Positions 49,507 to 59,336 of a DNA stretch of 64,000 nucleotides are shown here, piece after piece. Under the pieces are notes generated by a model. That model had not been told where the DNA came from. It searched no databases and worked only from the letters and a program-made list of their open reading frames with translations. The DNA is from Ignavibacteria bacterium. Lineage in GTDB: Bacteria > Bacteroidota > Ignavibacteria > Tepidaquicellales > OLB5. The position numbers and the translations under genes were made by a program. The first letter of the stretch is position 1. The number at the start of each line of letters is the position of its first letter. The DNA lies in NCBI GenBank assembly GCA_019912545.1, contig JAIOIK010000112.1:10038-74037 (forward strand), written 5' to 3'.

Positions 49507-49687
49507 AATAAGTACGCAATATTCAGAATTTATACAATTCCGATCTCTTTTTGCTGTTTTTTTCATTAAAAACCGCTATTTCCTTGCATACATATATCAT
49601 GTAATTTAATGAACAATATCATAGGAAAACCTTTAACCAATTGAGTATTTTGTATAGTTATACTGCAATTTTATAACTAATTGTACT

Positions 49688-51436
49688 ATGAAAAAGCTCA
49701 TATTGGTTTTATTTGTTGTAATCATCAGCTATCCTTATTCTACAAATACTCAGGATTTACCTGCTGAAAAACAAAAAGCGCAAGTATATCTCCTTAGCAA
49801 GGGAGAAGTTTATTTTTCATTTGAGGTTTTTGATAAAGCAAGGATAAATGAACTATCAAATGTTATTTCTATTGATAACGTTGATGGTCACCTGGTATTT
49901 GCTTATGCAAACAAGGATGAATTCAGTAAATTTCTGAATTATTCCATTCCATTCAAAGTACTGCCGCATCCCGGTGATGTTGATTTTGACCTGAAAATGT
50001 TTGATGGAACCGGTGAGAGCAATATTATGGAATGGGATGCATACCCAACTTACGAAGCTTATGTTGCTATGATGAACCAGTTTGCGGCAACATATCCCAA
50101 CCTGTGCAGGATAGTAAATGCAGGTACAACCATCCAGGGCAGGCAAATCCTCTTTGCTGTAATTTCTGATAATGTAAGTACTCAAGAGGCGGAACCGAAA
50201 TTCATGTATACTTCATCTATGCATGGAGATGAAACGACAGGCTATGTTTTAATGCTCAGGCTGATAGATTATCTTCTCAGCAATTATACTGCAATCCAAT
50301 CTGTATCCAGTCTTGTAAATGGAATTGAGATTTGGATAAATCCGCTTGCAAACCCTGATGGTACGTACCATGGAGGTAACAGCACGGTGAACGGTGCCAC
50401 AAGGAATAATGCTAACGGCTACGACCTTAACCGCAATTTTCCGGGAGTTGATGGCGTAAACAGCCAGCCATTACAAACTGAAACGCAGGTATTTATGAAC
50501 ATTGCCTCCCAAAATTATTTCAGGCTTTCTGCTAATTTTCACGGAGGAGCCGAGGTTGTAAATTATCCGTGGGATTGCTGGCAAAGGCTGGCTGCCGACA
50601 ATAACTGGTGGGTCCGGGTTTCAAGAAAATATGCCGATACAGTTCATGCCTATTGTGCACCCGGATATATGAATGATCTTGATAACGGCATCACTAACGG
50701 TTATGCATGGTATTATGTTAGAGGTTGCAGGCAGGATTACATGATCTATTACAGGCATGGCAGAGAAAGTACTATTGAGATCTCATCAACAAAACTTCTG
50801 CCGCCAACACAACTTCCGGCACTGTGGAATTATAACTATAGGTCTTTGCTGAATTACATTGAACAGTCATTGTACGGAGTAAACGGAGCTATAACTGATT
50901 CTGTTACTGGCCTGCCTCTGAAGGCTAAGGTTACTGCAGTAGGATTTGATATTGATAGCTCTGAGGTATATTCAGATAGCCTTTTCGGGAAATATTACCG
51001 TATGGCAATTCAGGGGAATTACAATTTAATGTTCACATGCCCCGGATATAATAGTAAAACAATTTCCGGAATATCTGTGAAGAATGATTCTGTAACAACT
51101 CTAAATGTTCAGCTCAGGCCATTAATAAATGGTATTACTATTAACCATAATTTACCGGCAGAATTCAGACTATATCAAAACTATCCAAATCCTTTTAATC
51201 CAGCAACAACCATAAAATTTGATGTTCCGGCATTAGACAGAAATAATTCAACACTCGTAACACTTGTTATTTATGATATTTTGGGGAAAAAATCGGAGGA
51301 ACTCCTTAATAATTATCTAAAATCAGGTACTTATGAAATAAATTGGGATAGTAAAAACTATTCTTCGGGAGTATATTACTATACTTTAAGTGCGGGTGAT
51401 CTTACCATTACAAAAAAACTTGTACTTATTAAATAG
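49688..51436 (+). CDS. T9SS-secreted M14-family zinc carboxypeptidase
   Basis: SSMHGDETTG (HxxE), NFHGGAEVVNYPW (third Zn ligand), a CarboxypepD_reg-like beta-sandwich, and a CTD QNYPNPFNPATTIKF...KKLVLIK. Confidence 0.85.
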   Translation: MKKLILVLFVVIISYPYSTNTQDLPAEKQKAQVYLLSKGEVYFSFEVFDKARINELSNVISIDNVDGHLVFAYANKDEFSKFLNYSIPFKVLPHPGDVDFDLKMFDGTGESNIMEWDAYPTYEAYVAMMNQFAATYPNLCRIVNAGTTIQGRQILFAVISDNVSTQEAEPKFMYTSSMHGDETTGYVLMLRLIDYLLSNYTAIQSVSSLVNGIEIWINPLANPDGTYHGGNSTVNGATRNNANGYDLNRNFPGVDGVNSQPLQTETQVFMNIASQNYFRLSANFHGGAEVVNYPWDCWQRLAADNNWWVRVSRKYADTVHAYCAPGYMNDLDNGITNGYAWYYVRGCRQDYMIYYRHGRESTIEISSTKLLPPTQLPALWNYNYRSLLNYIEQSLYGVNGAITDSVTGLPLKAKVTAVGFDIDSSEVYSDSLFGKYYRMAIQGNYNLMFTCPGYNSKTISGISVKNDSVTTLNVQLRPLINGITINHNLPAEFRLYQNYPNPFNPATTIKFDVPALDRNNSTLVTLVIYDILGKKSEELLNNYLKSGTYEINWDSKNYSSGVYYYTLSAGDLTITKKLVLIK

Positions 51437-51485
51437 AAATAATCAATAAATTATACAGAACTTTATTCAATTTAAATACATAACT

Positions 51486-54287
51486 ATGAAATCATTTTTA
51501 GTAGTTCTCTTTTCTTTATTTATTTTTTCGGTCTCCGGCAGCCTGAATGCACAGATAAGTGTTGCGGGTACGCCATATAGCTTTAGCTATAATATGGAAA
51601 ATCAGTTTCCGACAGTTACAATGCCTTCATTTGATGTTAACTTGCTATTGGAGCAGGATAGATTAGAATCCGCTTATAAGGATATTCCGCCAAGATTCGG
51701 AAATCTGTTTGAGGTTAATCTTGGCTTCAATAACTCCGGTACATGGAAAACGCTGGATAACGGAAACAAGGTATGGCAGCTTGGGATTAAATCACCCGGT
51801 GCATTTTCTATCAATTTAATATTTAACAAATTCTTCATGCCGCCAGGGGCGTCATTTTATGTTTACTCTTCCGATAGAAAAATGGTTCTCGGGGCTTTTA
51901 CTGAACAGAATAATCTGCCCGAAAGAGTTTTTTCAACTGCTCCTGTAAAGGGCGATTACATCATACTTGAATACAACGAACCCGCCGGTTCAAGAATTCC
52001 CGCAGAACTTCAGCTATCAAGCGTGACACACGCTTATAGAGATATGTTCGGTACGTTAATCACTGATGATTTTGGAACTTCAGGCTCCTGCAACAGGAAC
52101 GTTGTCTGCCCTGAGGGTGATCCTTGGCGCAATCAGATAAGATCAGCAGCAATGATAATTGTTGGAGGCACAAGATGGTGCAGCGGTTCGCTTATTAATA
52201 ATACAAGGAACGACGGGACTCCGTTTTTTATGTCTGCAAATCACTGCGGAACAAGTGTATCTACCTGGGTTTTTATGTTTCAGTATCAAAGTGCAACTTG
52301 CACGCCAAACGTAGATGGCCCTCTGACATTCACAATTTCAGGTGCTACACTATTGGCAAATAACTCAGCATCCGATTTTACATTAATGAGGCTTTCAAGC
52401 AAACCACCTGCATCTTACAATGTTTATTATGCTGGTTGGGATAGAAGAGATATTGCTCCCTCATCAGGTTCGGGAATACATCATCCTGATGGCGATATAA
52501 AAAAGATATCATTTTCTGGAGTGCCCTTTACTAACGGTACATGGAGCGGAACACCTGCAAATTCCCACTGGTTTGTAACTTGGACTGCAATCTCGGGAGG
52601 ACAGGTTCCAATTACAGAAGGCGGTTCTTCAGGTTCACCTATCTACAATCAGGATAAACGGTTCGTAGGGCAGCTTCATGGCGGCGCATCATACTGTTTT
52701 GCACCGGTTGGCAGCTTGAATGATCTATATGGAAAGTTTTCTCTATCGTGGGATTATGGAACTACCCCTTCAACACAGGCAAAATACTGGCTGGATTCCA
52801 TAAACACAGGCGCACAATTTATTGATGGTTATGATCCGCTTGCAGGACCGTTGAACGCATTCAATCTAACTAATCCTGGGGCTGGCTTAACTATTACAAC
52901 ACTGCCCGGCTCAACAACTGTAAATACTTTTAATTGGGATACTGCTTCCAGCGGTGCAACCTATAAATGGATATTCGGATCACCAAATGCTACCAACAGA
53001 CAGATCACTATTCCGCTCTTTACAAATGTATTGAATGTTACTTCAGGCCAGCTGGATGCTTACTTAGCAGGTCTTGGCGTTGCACAGGGAGGCTCACTTG
53101 CCGGATCGTGGGATACATGGAGCTTCAGGAATAATGCACCTTTGTATGATTCATTAAAATCCGCAAACGGCCCAAGGACTTTAACATTAACAAGAGGAGT
53201 ACCTGCATTAACTGCTTTTAATCTTGTAACTCCGGTCAATAACGCAACTATTGTAACGACGGCTGGTGATAATTCACTGATCAGTTCTACATGGTCGCGC
53301 TCAGGTGTTGGAGCTACATATAAATGGCATTTTGCTTCTCCTAACTTTTCAGTTCCTTCAAATACTAAGTTCAGGATCGCATCCGGCAATGGCGGAGCGG
53401 ATACAAACCTATCCCTCACTAGCGGTTATATTGATGGTTTGCTTGTATTGCTTGGTTTAAATCAGGGTGACTCAATTACAGGGCAATATAGAGTCTATGC
53501 TTATTCGCTGAACGATTCACTTTCATCTGCACAGATTTATAATATAACGTTCAAAAGAAGTTCCACAACAGTATTGTGCAGAAACGTTGTTAAGCCAATT
53601 CTGGATAACCAGGTAACACAGGATACTGTCAATATTAACATACCAAATGCATTAATAAGCAAAATGGTAGTAAGAATAGACAACGTTTCTCACACGTATG
53701 ACGGCGACCTTGCATTCTGGTTAAAGTCTCCGGCAAACCAAAATGTAAGAATTATTGGCAGAGTGGGCGGGGGAGGCGATAACTTTGTAAACACTGTTTT
53801 AGATGATGCAGCAGCCAATTCAATTTCAACCGGAACAGCTCCGTTCACAGGTACATTTAAGCCTTCCAGCCCGATGACCGTTTATAATGGTGGTAATCCC
53901 AATGGCAGCTGGGTACTTTCTATATATGACAGCGCTGGTGCTGACCAGGGTAGCTTGAATGCATGGTGTTTGGTTTTGACCTATTCCACAGTTTTGGGTG
54001 TAACTACAACTATCGAGATACCAAATAGATTCTACCTGAATCAGAATTATCCGAATCCGTTTAATCCCTCAACAACTATTAAGTACGGTCTGCCTAAGAA
54101 TTCAATAGTAAAAATAACAATGTATGACCTGCTTGGAAGAGAAGTTGGCGTGCTTGTTAACGAACTGAAACAGGCAGGAACCTATGATGCTAAGTTTGAC
54201 GGTACAAACATGGCAAGCGGAGTATATTTCTACAGGATAGAAGCCGGTGCATTTGTTGATACGAAGAAGATGTTGCTTATTAAGTGA
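51486..54287 (+). CDS. T9SS-secreted S1-family (lysyl-endopeptidase-like) serine protease with duplicated unknown domains and a proprotein-convertase P-domain
   Basis: Catalytic residues are in SANHCG (His), SDFTLMRL (Asp) and EGGSSGSPIY (Ser). Two ~115-aa tandem repeats span aa 456-692. P-domain: SHTYDGDLAFWLKSP...GSWVLSIYDSAGADQGSLNAWCLVLTY. CTD: QNYPNPFNPSTTIKY...KKMLLIK. Confidence 0.8.
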   Translation: MKSFLVVLFSLFIFSVSGSLNAQISVAGTPYSFSYNMENQFPTVTMPSFDVNLLLEQDRLESAYKDIPPRFGNLFEVNLGFNNSGTWKTLDNGNKVWQLGIKSPGAFSINLIFNKFFMPPGASFYVYSSDRKMVLGAFTEQNNLPERVFSTAPVKGDYIILEYNEPAGSRIPAELQLSSVTHAYRDMFGTLITDDFGTSGSCNRNVVCPEGDPWRNQIRSAAMIIVGGTRWCSGSLINNTRNDGTPFFMSANHCGTSVSTWVFMFQYQSATCTPNVDGPLTFTISGATLLANNSASDFTLMRLSSKPPASYNVYYAGWDRRDIAPSSGSGIHHPDGDIKKISFSGVPFTNGTWSGTPANSHWFVTWTAISGGQVPITEGGSSGSPIYNQDKRFVGQLHGGASYCFAPVGSLNDLYGKFSLSWDYGTTPSTQAKYWLDSINTGAQFIDGYDPLAGPLNAFNLTNPGAGLTITTLPGSTTVNTFNWDTASSGATYKWIFGSPNATNRQITIPLFTNVLNVTSGQLDAYLAGLGVAQGGSLAGSWDTWSFRNNAPLYDSLKSANGPRTLTLTRGVPALTAFNLVTPVNNATIVTTAGDNSLISSTWSRSGVGATYKWHFASPNFSVPSNTKFRIASGNGGADTNLSLTSGYIDGLLVLLGLNQGDSITGQYRVYAYSLNDSLSSAQIYNITFKRSSTTVLCRNVVKPILDNQVTQDTVNINIPNALISKMVVRIDNVSHTYDGDLAFWLKSPANQNVRIIGRVGGGGDNFVNTVLDDAAANSISTGTAPFTGTFKPSSPMTVYNGGNPNGSWVLSIYDSAGADQGSLNAWCLVLTYSTVLGVTTTIEIPNRFYLNQNYPNPFNPSTTIKYGLPKNSIVKITMYDLLGREVGVLVNELKQAGTYDAKFDGTNMASGVYFYRIEAGAFVDTKKMLLIK

Positions 54288-54366
54288 TGATATTCACTTA
54301 ATAAATAATCCCGATTTATCGGGACTGTTGATTAAGTAATAAGAAATTTAATTTTCACATTTTTAA

Positions 54367-54397
54367 GGGCGAACACTTTTGTTCGCTCTTTTTTTTT
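54367..54397 (+). terminator. Rho-independent terminator
   Basis: gcgaaca-cttt-tgttcgc stem-loop followed by a T9 run. A second hairpin, tcccgat/atcggga, lies at 54311-54327. Confidence 0.8.
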
Positions 54398-54474
54398 GAT
54401 TGAATTGCATGTCAATTTATCCGTAGATTGTTGAATAACTATTAAATTATATTTGTTAAAAAACTTAAACACAC

Positions 54475-55287
54475 ATGAGCAGCGAAAAAGATTATTTACT
54501 TGGAGTCAATCAGTTTGAATTAGATCGGCTGGAGTTTCAGCACAGCGTATGGAGGGATCTCACCAAATCATTCTTTGACCGTCTGAAAATTGGTGAAGGA
54601 ATGAAAGTTCTTGATGCCGGTTCAGGTCCGGGTTTCGTTACAATAGATCTGAGAAATCGTGTTGGTGAAAACGGCGAAGTTACTGCCCTGGAGCCTTCAA
54701 AAATGTATCTCGATCACTTCCGGAATTATTCAGAAGAAAAAAAATGGAACAATACTAAATTCATTTTAAGAACTGCTGAAGGCGCAGAACTTCCGCAGAA
54801 TTATTATGATCTCATTTTCGCAAGGTGGGTCATCGGATTTGTACCTGACCCGGAATTATTTGTCCGTAAATTAACTACTGCTTTAAAACCGGGTGGGGTT
54901 TTAGCACTTCAGGATTATGCATTTCACGGATTGAATCTTTATCCCCGCGGCGGCTCATATGAAAAGCTTTCCCCAGCTGTGGAAGAATACTGGAAATCTA
55001 CCGGCGGTGATCTTCGTATTGCAGCGCGTATTCCCGGGATATTTAAAGAACAAGGTCTAAAGCTTGTAGAATACAGACCTAACACACTGGCGGGCAGTCC
55101 GGGCAGCGGAGTATTTGAATGGCATCACTTGTTTATTACTCAGCATGTTCCATTTATAGTAGAAAAGAACATACTTTCAGAAGAAACCGGTAAAGCGATA
55201 CTTGATGATTGGAATAATCACAGGGCAAATCCTGACTCACTATTTTTTTCCCCTCTTGTTGTAGATATGGCGGGTGTGAAAATGTAA
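54475..55287 (+). CDS. Class I SAM-dependent methyltransferase
   Basis: Motif I VLDAGSGPGF and post-I TALEPS. A TATATTTG box lies at 54448-54455. Confidence 0.75.
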   Translation: MSSEKDYLLGVNQFELDRLEFQHSVWRDLTKSFFDRLKIGEGMKVLDAGSGPGFVTIDLRNRVGENGEVTALEPSKMYLDHFRNYSEEKKWNNTKFILRTAEGAELPQNYYDLIFARWVIGFVPDPELFVRKLTTALKPGGVLALQDYAFHGLNLYPRGGSYEKLSPAVEEYWKSTGGDLRIAARIPGIFKEQGLKLVEYRPNTLAGSPGSGVFEWHHLFITQHVPFIVEKNILSEETGKAILDDWNNHRANPDSLFFSPLVVDMAGVKM

Positions 55288-55310
55288 AATTCAGTTTATT
55301 TTATTTGTAG

Positions 55311-55338
55311 AGACGGGTCGGTGACCCGTCTTTTTTTA
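55311..55338 (+). terminator. Rho-independent terminator
   Basis: agacgggtc-ggt-gacccgtct followed by a T7 run. Confidence 0.85.
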
Positions 55339-55389
55339 TTATAGATTAAAATTCATTGAATTACTATTTATTTAAGCGGATATTGCACC

Positions 55390-56268
55390 ATGCCAGTTAC
55401 CATTCCGCCGCACCGCAAAGGTTTGATATATATTTCATTCACAGCATTTTTGTGGAGTACAAGCGGCTTCTTCATTAAATACCTTTCCATAAATGCTTTC
55501 CAGATATCATTTTTCCGCTCTGTTGTTGCTGCTATAACTATCTATGTTATATGCCTTCTTAGGAAACAGAAAGTAAAATTTGAATTCGATAAAGTCTCAA
55601 ATTTTGCAGCTATTTTTTATGCCGGTATTCTGATACTTTTTGTGATTGCAACAAAAATGACGACTGCTGCAAATGCAATATTCCTCCAGTTCACGGCTCC
55701 CATGTACCTAGTTGTACTGGAACCCCTGCTTATGAAAACAAAATTCGAGCCTAAGAACATTATCACAGTACTTATCTGTATTGGCGGAATGCTGCTCTTC
55801 TTTTTCGGGAAACTTGAGATCGGGAATATTTACGGCAACCTGATAGCCATTGCCTCGGGAATTTGTTTCGCAATGTTCAGCCTGCTGATAAAATACAAGC
55901 GTGTTAAGCAGAAGACGGACAGCACCATAAATAATGTCATTACCGGAAACGCGCTTGTTGCAATTATTGCCGGGTGTATAATATTCCCAAATTTTCATTT
56001 AGACCTCTCGCAGGGGCTCATCCTGCTTTACATGGGTGCAATTCAAATTGGTGTAAGTTATATTATATTCAATGAAGGCATCAAGTATGTTTCGGCAACT
56101 GAATCCATGATAATCGCCACGCTTGAAGCAATGTTCAATCCGATATGGGTATTTATCGGTATCGGCGAGGCTCCGTCAATATATTCAATACTCGGCGGAG
56201 CAATAATTTTCGGCGCGATCATCTGGCGCAATTTCAGCAAACGCGAAAAAGCTTTGATAATAGAGTGA
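55390..56268 (+). CDS. EamA/DMT-family transporter
   Basis: 292 aa with ten predicted TM helices in two EamA-like halves. Confidence 0.75.
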   Translation: MPVTIPPHRKGLIYISFTAFLWSTSGFFIKYLSINAFQISFFRSVVAAITIYVICLLRKQKVKFEFDKVSNFAAIFYAGILILFVIATKMTTAANAIFLQFTAPMYLVVLEPLLMKTKFEPKNIITVLICIGGMLLFFFGKLEIGNIYGNLIAIASGICFAMFSLLIKYKRVKQKTDSTINNVITGNALVAIIAGCIIFPNFHLDLSQGLILLYMGAIQIGVSYIIFNEGIKYVSATESMIIATLEAMFNPIWVFIGIGEAPSIYSILGGAIIFGAIIWRNFSKREKALIIE

Positions 56269-56308
56269 CGTGTAGTCACTAACAAACTGAACATAACTGG
56301 AAAACTCA

Positions 56309-56575
56309 ATGGACCTGAAAAAAATCGAATGTACTCAATGCGGCTCACATGATTTTGAAGAGCTTGGTGATAGTAAAATTAAGTGTAATTACTGCTCTAC
56401 AGTTTACCGTGTAAGCGAACCTGCCGGGAGTAAGCCAAAAGTGATAATAGGCAAAGGCGCGAATGTTGTGTTTGGCAAAAGCTCAAATGTAACAATCAAA
56501 GGCGGTGTTGAGATAAAGGAAGGCGCAAATGTGCCACGAAGTGGCTCCTTCGGAGCAGTTTCTTGGAAAACTTGA
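56309..56575 (+). CDS. Zinc-ribbon protein with short beta-helix-like tail
   Basis: CTQCGSHDF...CNYCSTVY (CxxC-X17-CxxC), followed by VIIGKGANVVFGKSSNVTIKGGVEIKEGANV. See the findings for the overlapping alternative frame. Confidence 0.5.
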   Translation: MDLKKIECTQCGSHDFEELGDSKIKCNYCSTVYRVSEPAGSKPKVIIGKGANVVFGKSSNVTIKGGVEIKEGANVPRSGSFGAVSWKT

Positions 56576-56775
56576 TATACTGGAAATTGGTGATGAGGAA
56601 AAAATAAAGAATTCTGAGTTTTATAAGAAGAAAAACCCATAAAGCCTGCAAAATACCTGAAATATCCTTATTTATATTGTAATTATCCCTCATTTTCTTT
56701 ATTTTTGCTAATTAAATAAGCAAAACGCAATAATTTTCCCGGTTAATTCGGGATTTCGCTTTGCTCAACATACCT

Positions 56776-57564
56776 ATGGACTACAAAAACATATTAGTAA
56801 CAAGACTCGAAAATCCAAAAGGATTAAAAGTCGGGCAGATACAGTTCAACCGCCCTGATGTTTTGAATGCCCTTAATATTGAATTAATGGGCGAGCTTTT
56901 AAGTGCCCTGCGCGATTTTGATAAGTCTGATGATATTGGCTGCATAATTATTACCGGAAATGCTAAAGCTTTTGCCGCTGGCGCGGATATTAAGGAAATG
57001 GCAACCCAAAGCGCAATCGATATGCACGTTCGCGATCAGTTTGCCGTTTGGGATAGCATCCGCAAGATCAAAAAGCCAATCATTGCCGCAACATCAGGCT
57101 TTGTGCTTGGCGGCGGGTGTGAGCTATCTATGGCGTGTGATATGATAGTCGCAGCAGAATCCACCAGATTTGGTCAGCCGGAAATTAAGCTCGGCATCAT
57201 TCCGGGCGCAGGCGGGACACAGAGATTGACAAGAGCAATAGGCAAGGCGCGAGCAATGGAAATGATACTTACCGGCAGAAATTACACGGCCCTCGAAATG
57301 TTTGAAGCCGGGCTTGTAAGCCGTGTTGTTGATGATGAGGTTTTTCTTGAAGAAGCGCAGGCGCTTGCAAAAGAAATTGCCTCAATGCCGCCCATCGCTC
57401 TGCAAATAGCGAAGGACGCAATAATGAAGGCATTTGATACAACTATCGAAGGCGGACTTGAATACGAGCGCAAAGCATTTTATCTCCTCTTCGCTTCTGA
57501 TGATATGAAAGAAGGCATGAACGCATTTGTTGAAAAGCGTAAACCAAAATGGGCTGGTAAGTAA
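56776..57564 (+). CDS. Enoyl-CoA hydratase (crotonase family)
   Basis: AFAAGADIKEM, GFVLGGGCELSMACDMIVAAESTRFGQPEIKLGIIPGAGGTQRL. ATG 56776 is preferred over the track's TTG 56761. Confidence 0.88.
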   Translation: MDYKNILVTRLENPKGLKVGQIQFNRPDVLNALNIELMGELLSALRDFDKSDDIGCIIITGNAKAFAAGADIKEMATQSAIDMHVRDQFAVWDSIRKIKKPIIAATSGFVLGGGCELSMACDMIVAAESTRFGQPEIKLGIIPGAGGTQRLTRAIGKARAMEMILTGRNYTALEMFEAGLVSRVVDDEVFLEEAQALAKEIASMPPIALQIAKDAIMKAFDTTIEGGLEYERKAFYLLFASDDMKEGMNAFVEKRKPKWAGK

Positions 57565-57565
57565 C

Positions 57566-57636
57566 GAGTGTGTTGAGTGTATAGAGTGAATTGAGTGTGT
57601 TGAGTGTTTTGAGTGTTGAGTAACAGATTGAGATAG
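57566..57636. repeat. Phased short tandem repeat, GAGTG every 9 bp (6 phased copies + 2 degenerate)
   Basis: GAGTG starts at 57566, 57575, 57584, 57593, 57602 and 57611. Then GAGTA at 57618 and GAGAT at 57630. The array begins 2 nt after the hydratase stop codon. Confidence 0.85.
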
Positions 57637-57722
57637 CTTTTGATTTTAGGCGGCCTGTGAAAATTGGTGTTAGAAAATTATCTGAGCAGAATAAATAAGT
57701 AGAAAAGGAAAATAAGAATCAT

Positions 57723-59321
57723 TTGATCAAAAATCTCATTTTATTGATAGTATTTGCGCTTTCTCTAAGCGTAGCGGCACAGGATAAAAAAAACGATTTC
57801 CAGCAGTCAAATAAGATGCTCGTGGATTCCAACTTCAACGCCGAGCAGATAATTGAAATGAATAAGCCTGCCCTTATTTCAATATGGTATCACACCAACA
57901 ACTACTATTCATATTCCAGCTTTACAACAATTGATACTAATCTTTTAAACGGCAGCGGCTTTATTTTTACCGAAGACGGCCTGATTGGGACTAATTATCA
58001 CGTTGTTGATGGCATCGATAGCCTGCTTATCAAAACAAGCGACGGCACGTTTTATGATGCTGAGATGCTGCTTATTGATGAAAAGAATGATATGGCTATC
58101 CTTCGCATAAAAAATGCAAATGGTACGAAATTTCCTACAATCAGATTTGCCAATTCAGATGTATTAAAGGTAGGACAGGAAGTATTCGCAATTGGCAGTC
58201 CGCTTGGCTATGAATACACAATTTCGCAGGGTATCATTGCGGGTATCCGGGATAATGAGAAAGTTTCTTTTACCGATCCGGTTACTTATGCGCCAATTGA
58301 AAAGAGCTTCGATAAGGTAATACAGATAACTGCAGCGATCTCACCCGGCAACTCAGGCGGAGCGCTTTTCAACCGCAAAGGTGAAGTTATCGGTATAACT
58401 ACATATACATATACGGGTTACGGAAATTTAAATTTCGCGCTTGCAATAAACAGTTTTGTGTATTTCATGAATTCCGTTGACCTTGCAAATATTGATAGTA
58501 ACGAAGAATCAAAAAGGAAACGCGCGGAAAGCCTATATTTCTCAAATCTTCGCCTGGCAAACAACTTTAAATCAGAGGCTACATATAACTGGTATTACGT
58601 TAAGCAAAAGGATACGATGAAAACCCTTGATACATTTGTTGTAAAACAGGATTCCGTTGCCAGAAATAATTTTGCCAAAGCAGAAACATTTTATTTTAAG
58701 TGCATCGATATAGCTCCTGATTCATTCAGTGTTTACCGCGAAATGATGGACCTGTATGTTTATTGCGAGAACTTTAACAAGGCTGAAAATCTTTATGACA
58801 CAATCAAAGCAAGATTTCAGTCAGATAGTCTACTAAGCCTGTTGTCATCAAGCCTTGCAAATGCTTATACTTCATCAAAAGAATATAAGAAAGCGCTTGA
58901 GTTCTATGAAAAGATGTCTTTAAAAGATACTTCCGATATTTACCTGCGTTACCAGATCGGGAACATTTACGAAAGTATGGGCAAAAACAGTAAAGCTATA
59001 AAGGAATATAAAAGAGTACTGAAGCGTGACCCCTCTTACACCCAGGCATACATACAGATAGGTGCGATATATTTTAATAAATACAAAGATTACAAAACAG
59101 CGAAAAATTATATTGAAAAGGCTTATGATAAAGAAATGTCTGCATATGGCTCAACCTACTACCTGGATATTCCTTACTATCTAGGAATGATAGCTGTAAA
59201 AGAGCGTAAGAAGTTTGATGCTATGCTGTATTTCATGGATCTGAAAAGTATTTATACTTATACACCAGAAGAGAACAAAAAGAAAGCTGATCTGCTTAAA
59301 GCATTAAGGGAAATAAATTAA
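57723..59321 (+). CDS. Secreted S1C (HtrA-like) serine protease domain fused to TPR repeats
   Basis: Signal peptide, GTNYHVV (His), NDMAILRI (Asp), SPGNSGGALFN (Ser). No PDZ domain; the C-terminal ~250 aa is TPR-like. TTG start. Confidence 0.75.
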   Translation: MIKNLILLIVFALSLSVAAQDKKNDFQQSNKMLVDSNFNAEQIIEMNKPALISIWYHTNNYYSYSSFTTIDTNLLNGSGFIFTEDGLIGTNYHVVDGIDSLLIKTSDGTFYDAEMLLIDEKNDMAILRIKNANGTKFPTIRFANSDVLKVGQEVFAIGSPLGYEYTISQGIIAGIRDNEKVSFTDPVTYAPIEKSFDKVIQITAAISPGNSGGALFNRKGEVIGITTYTYTGYGNLNFALAINSFVYFMNSVDLANIDSNEESKRKRAESLYFSNLRLANNFKSEATYNWYYVKQKDTMKTLDTFVVKQDSVARNNFAKAETFYFKCIDIAPDSFSVYREMMDLYVYCENFNKAENLYDTIKARFQSDSLLSLLSSSLANAYTSSKEYKKALEFYEKMSLKDTSDIYLRYQIGNIYESMGKNSKAIKEYKRVLKRDPSYTQAYIQIGAIYFNKYKDYKTAKNYIEKAYDKEMSAYGSTYYLDIPYYLGMIAVKERKKFDAMLYFMDLKSIYTYTPEENKKKADLLKALREIN

Positions 59322-59336
59322 TAATTTCTACTAATA

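Noticed and set aside
16131-54070. Recurring ~25-nt sequence cagaattatccgaatccgtttaatcc at five sites; considered as a CRISPR-like or interspersed DNA repeat
   Set aside because: Every copy is in-frame coding sequence for the conserved QNYPNPFNP motif of T9SS sorting domains. Spacing is irregular, on the kilobase scale, so this is not a CRISPR array or a non-coding repeat.
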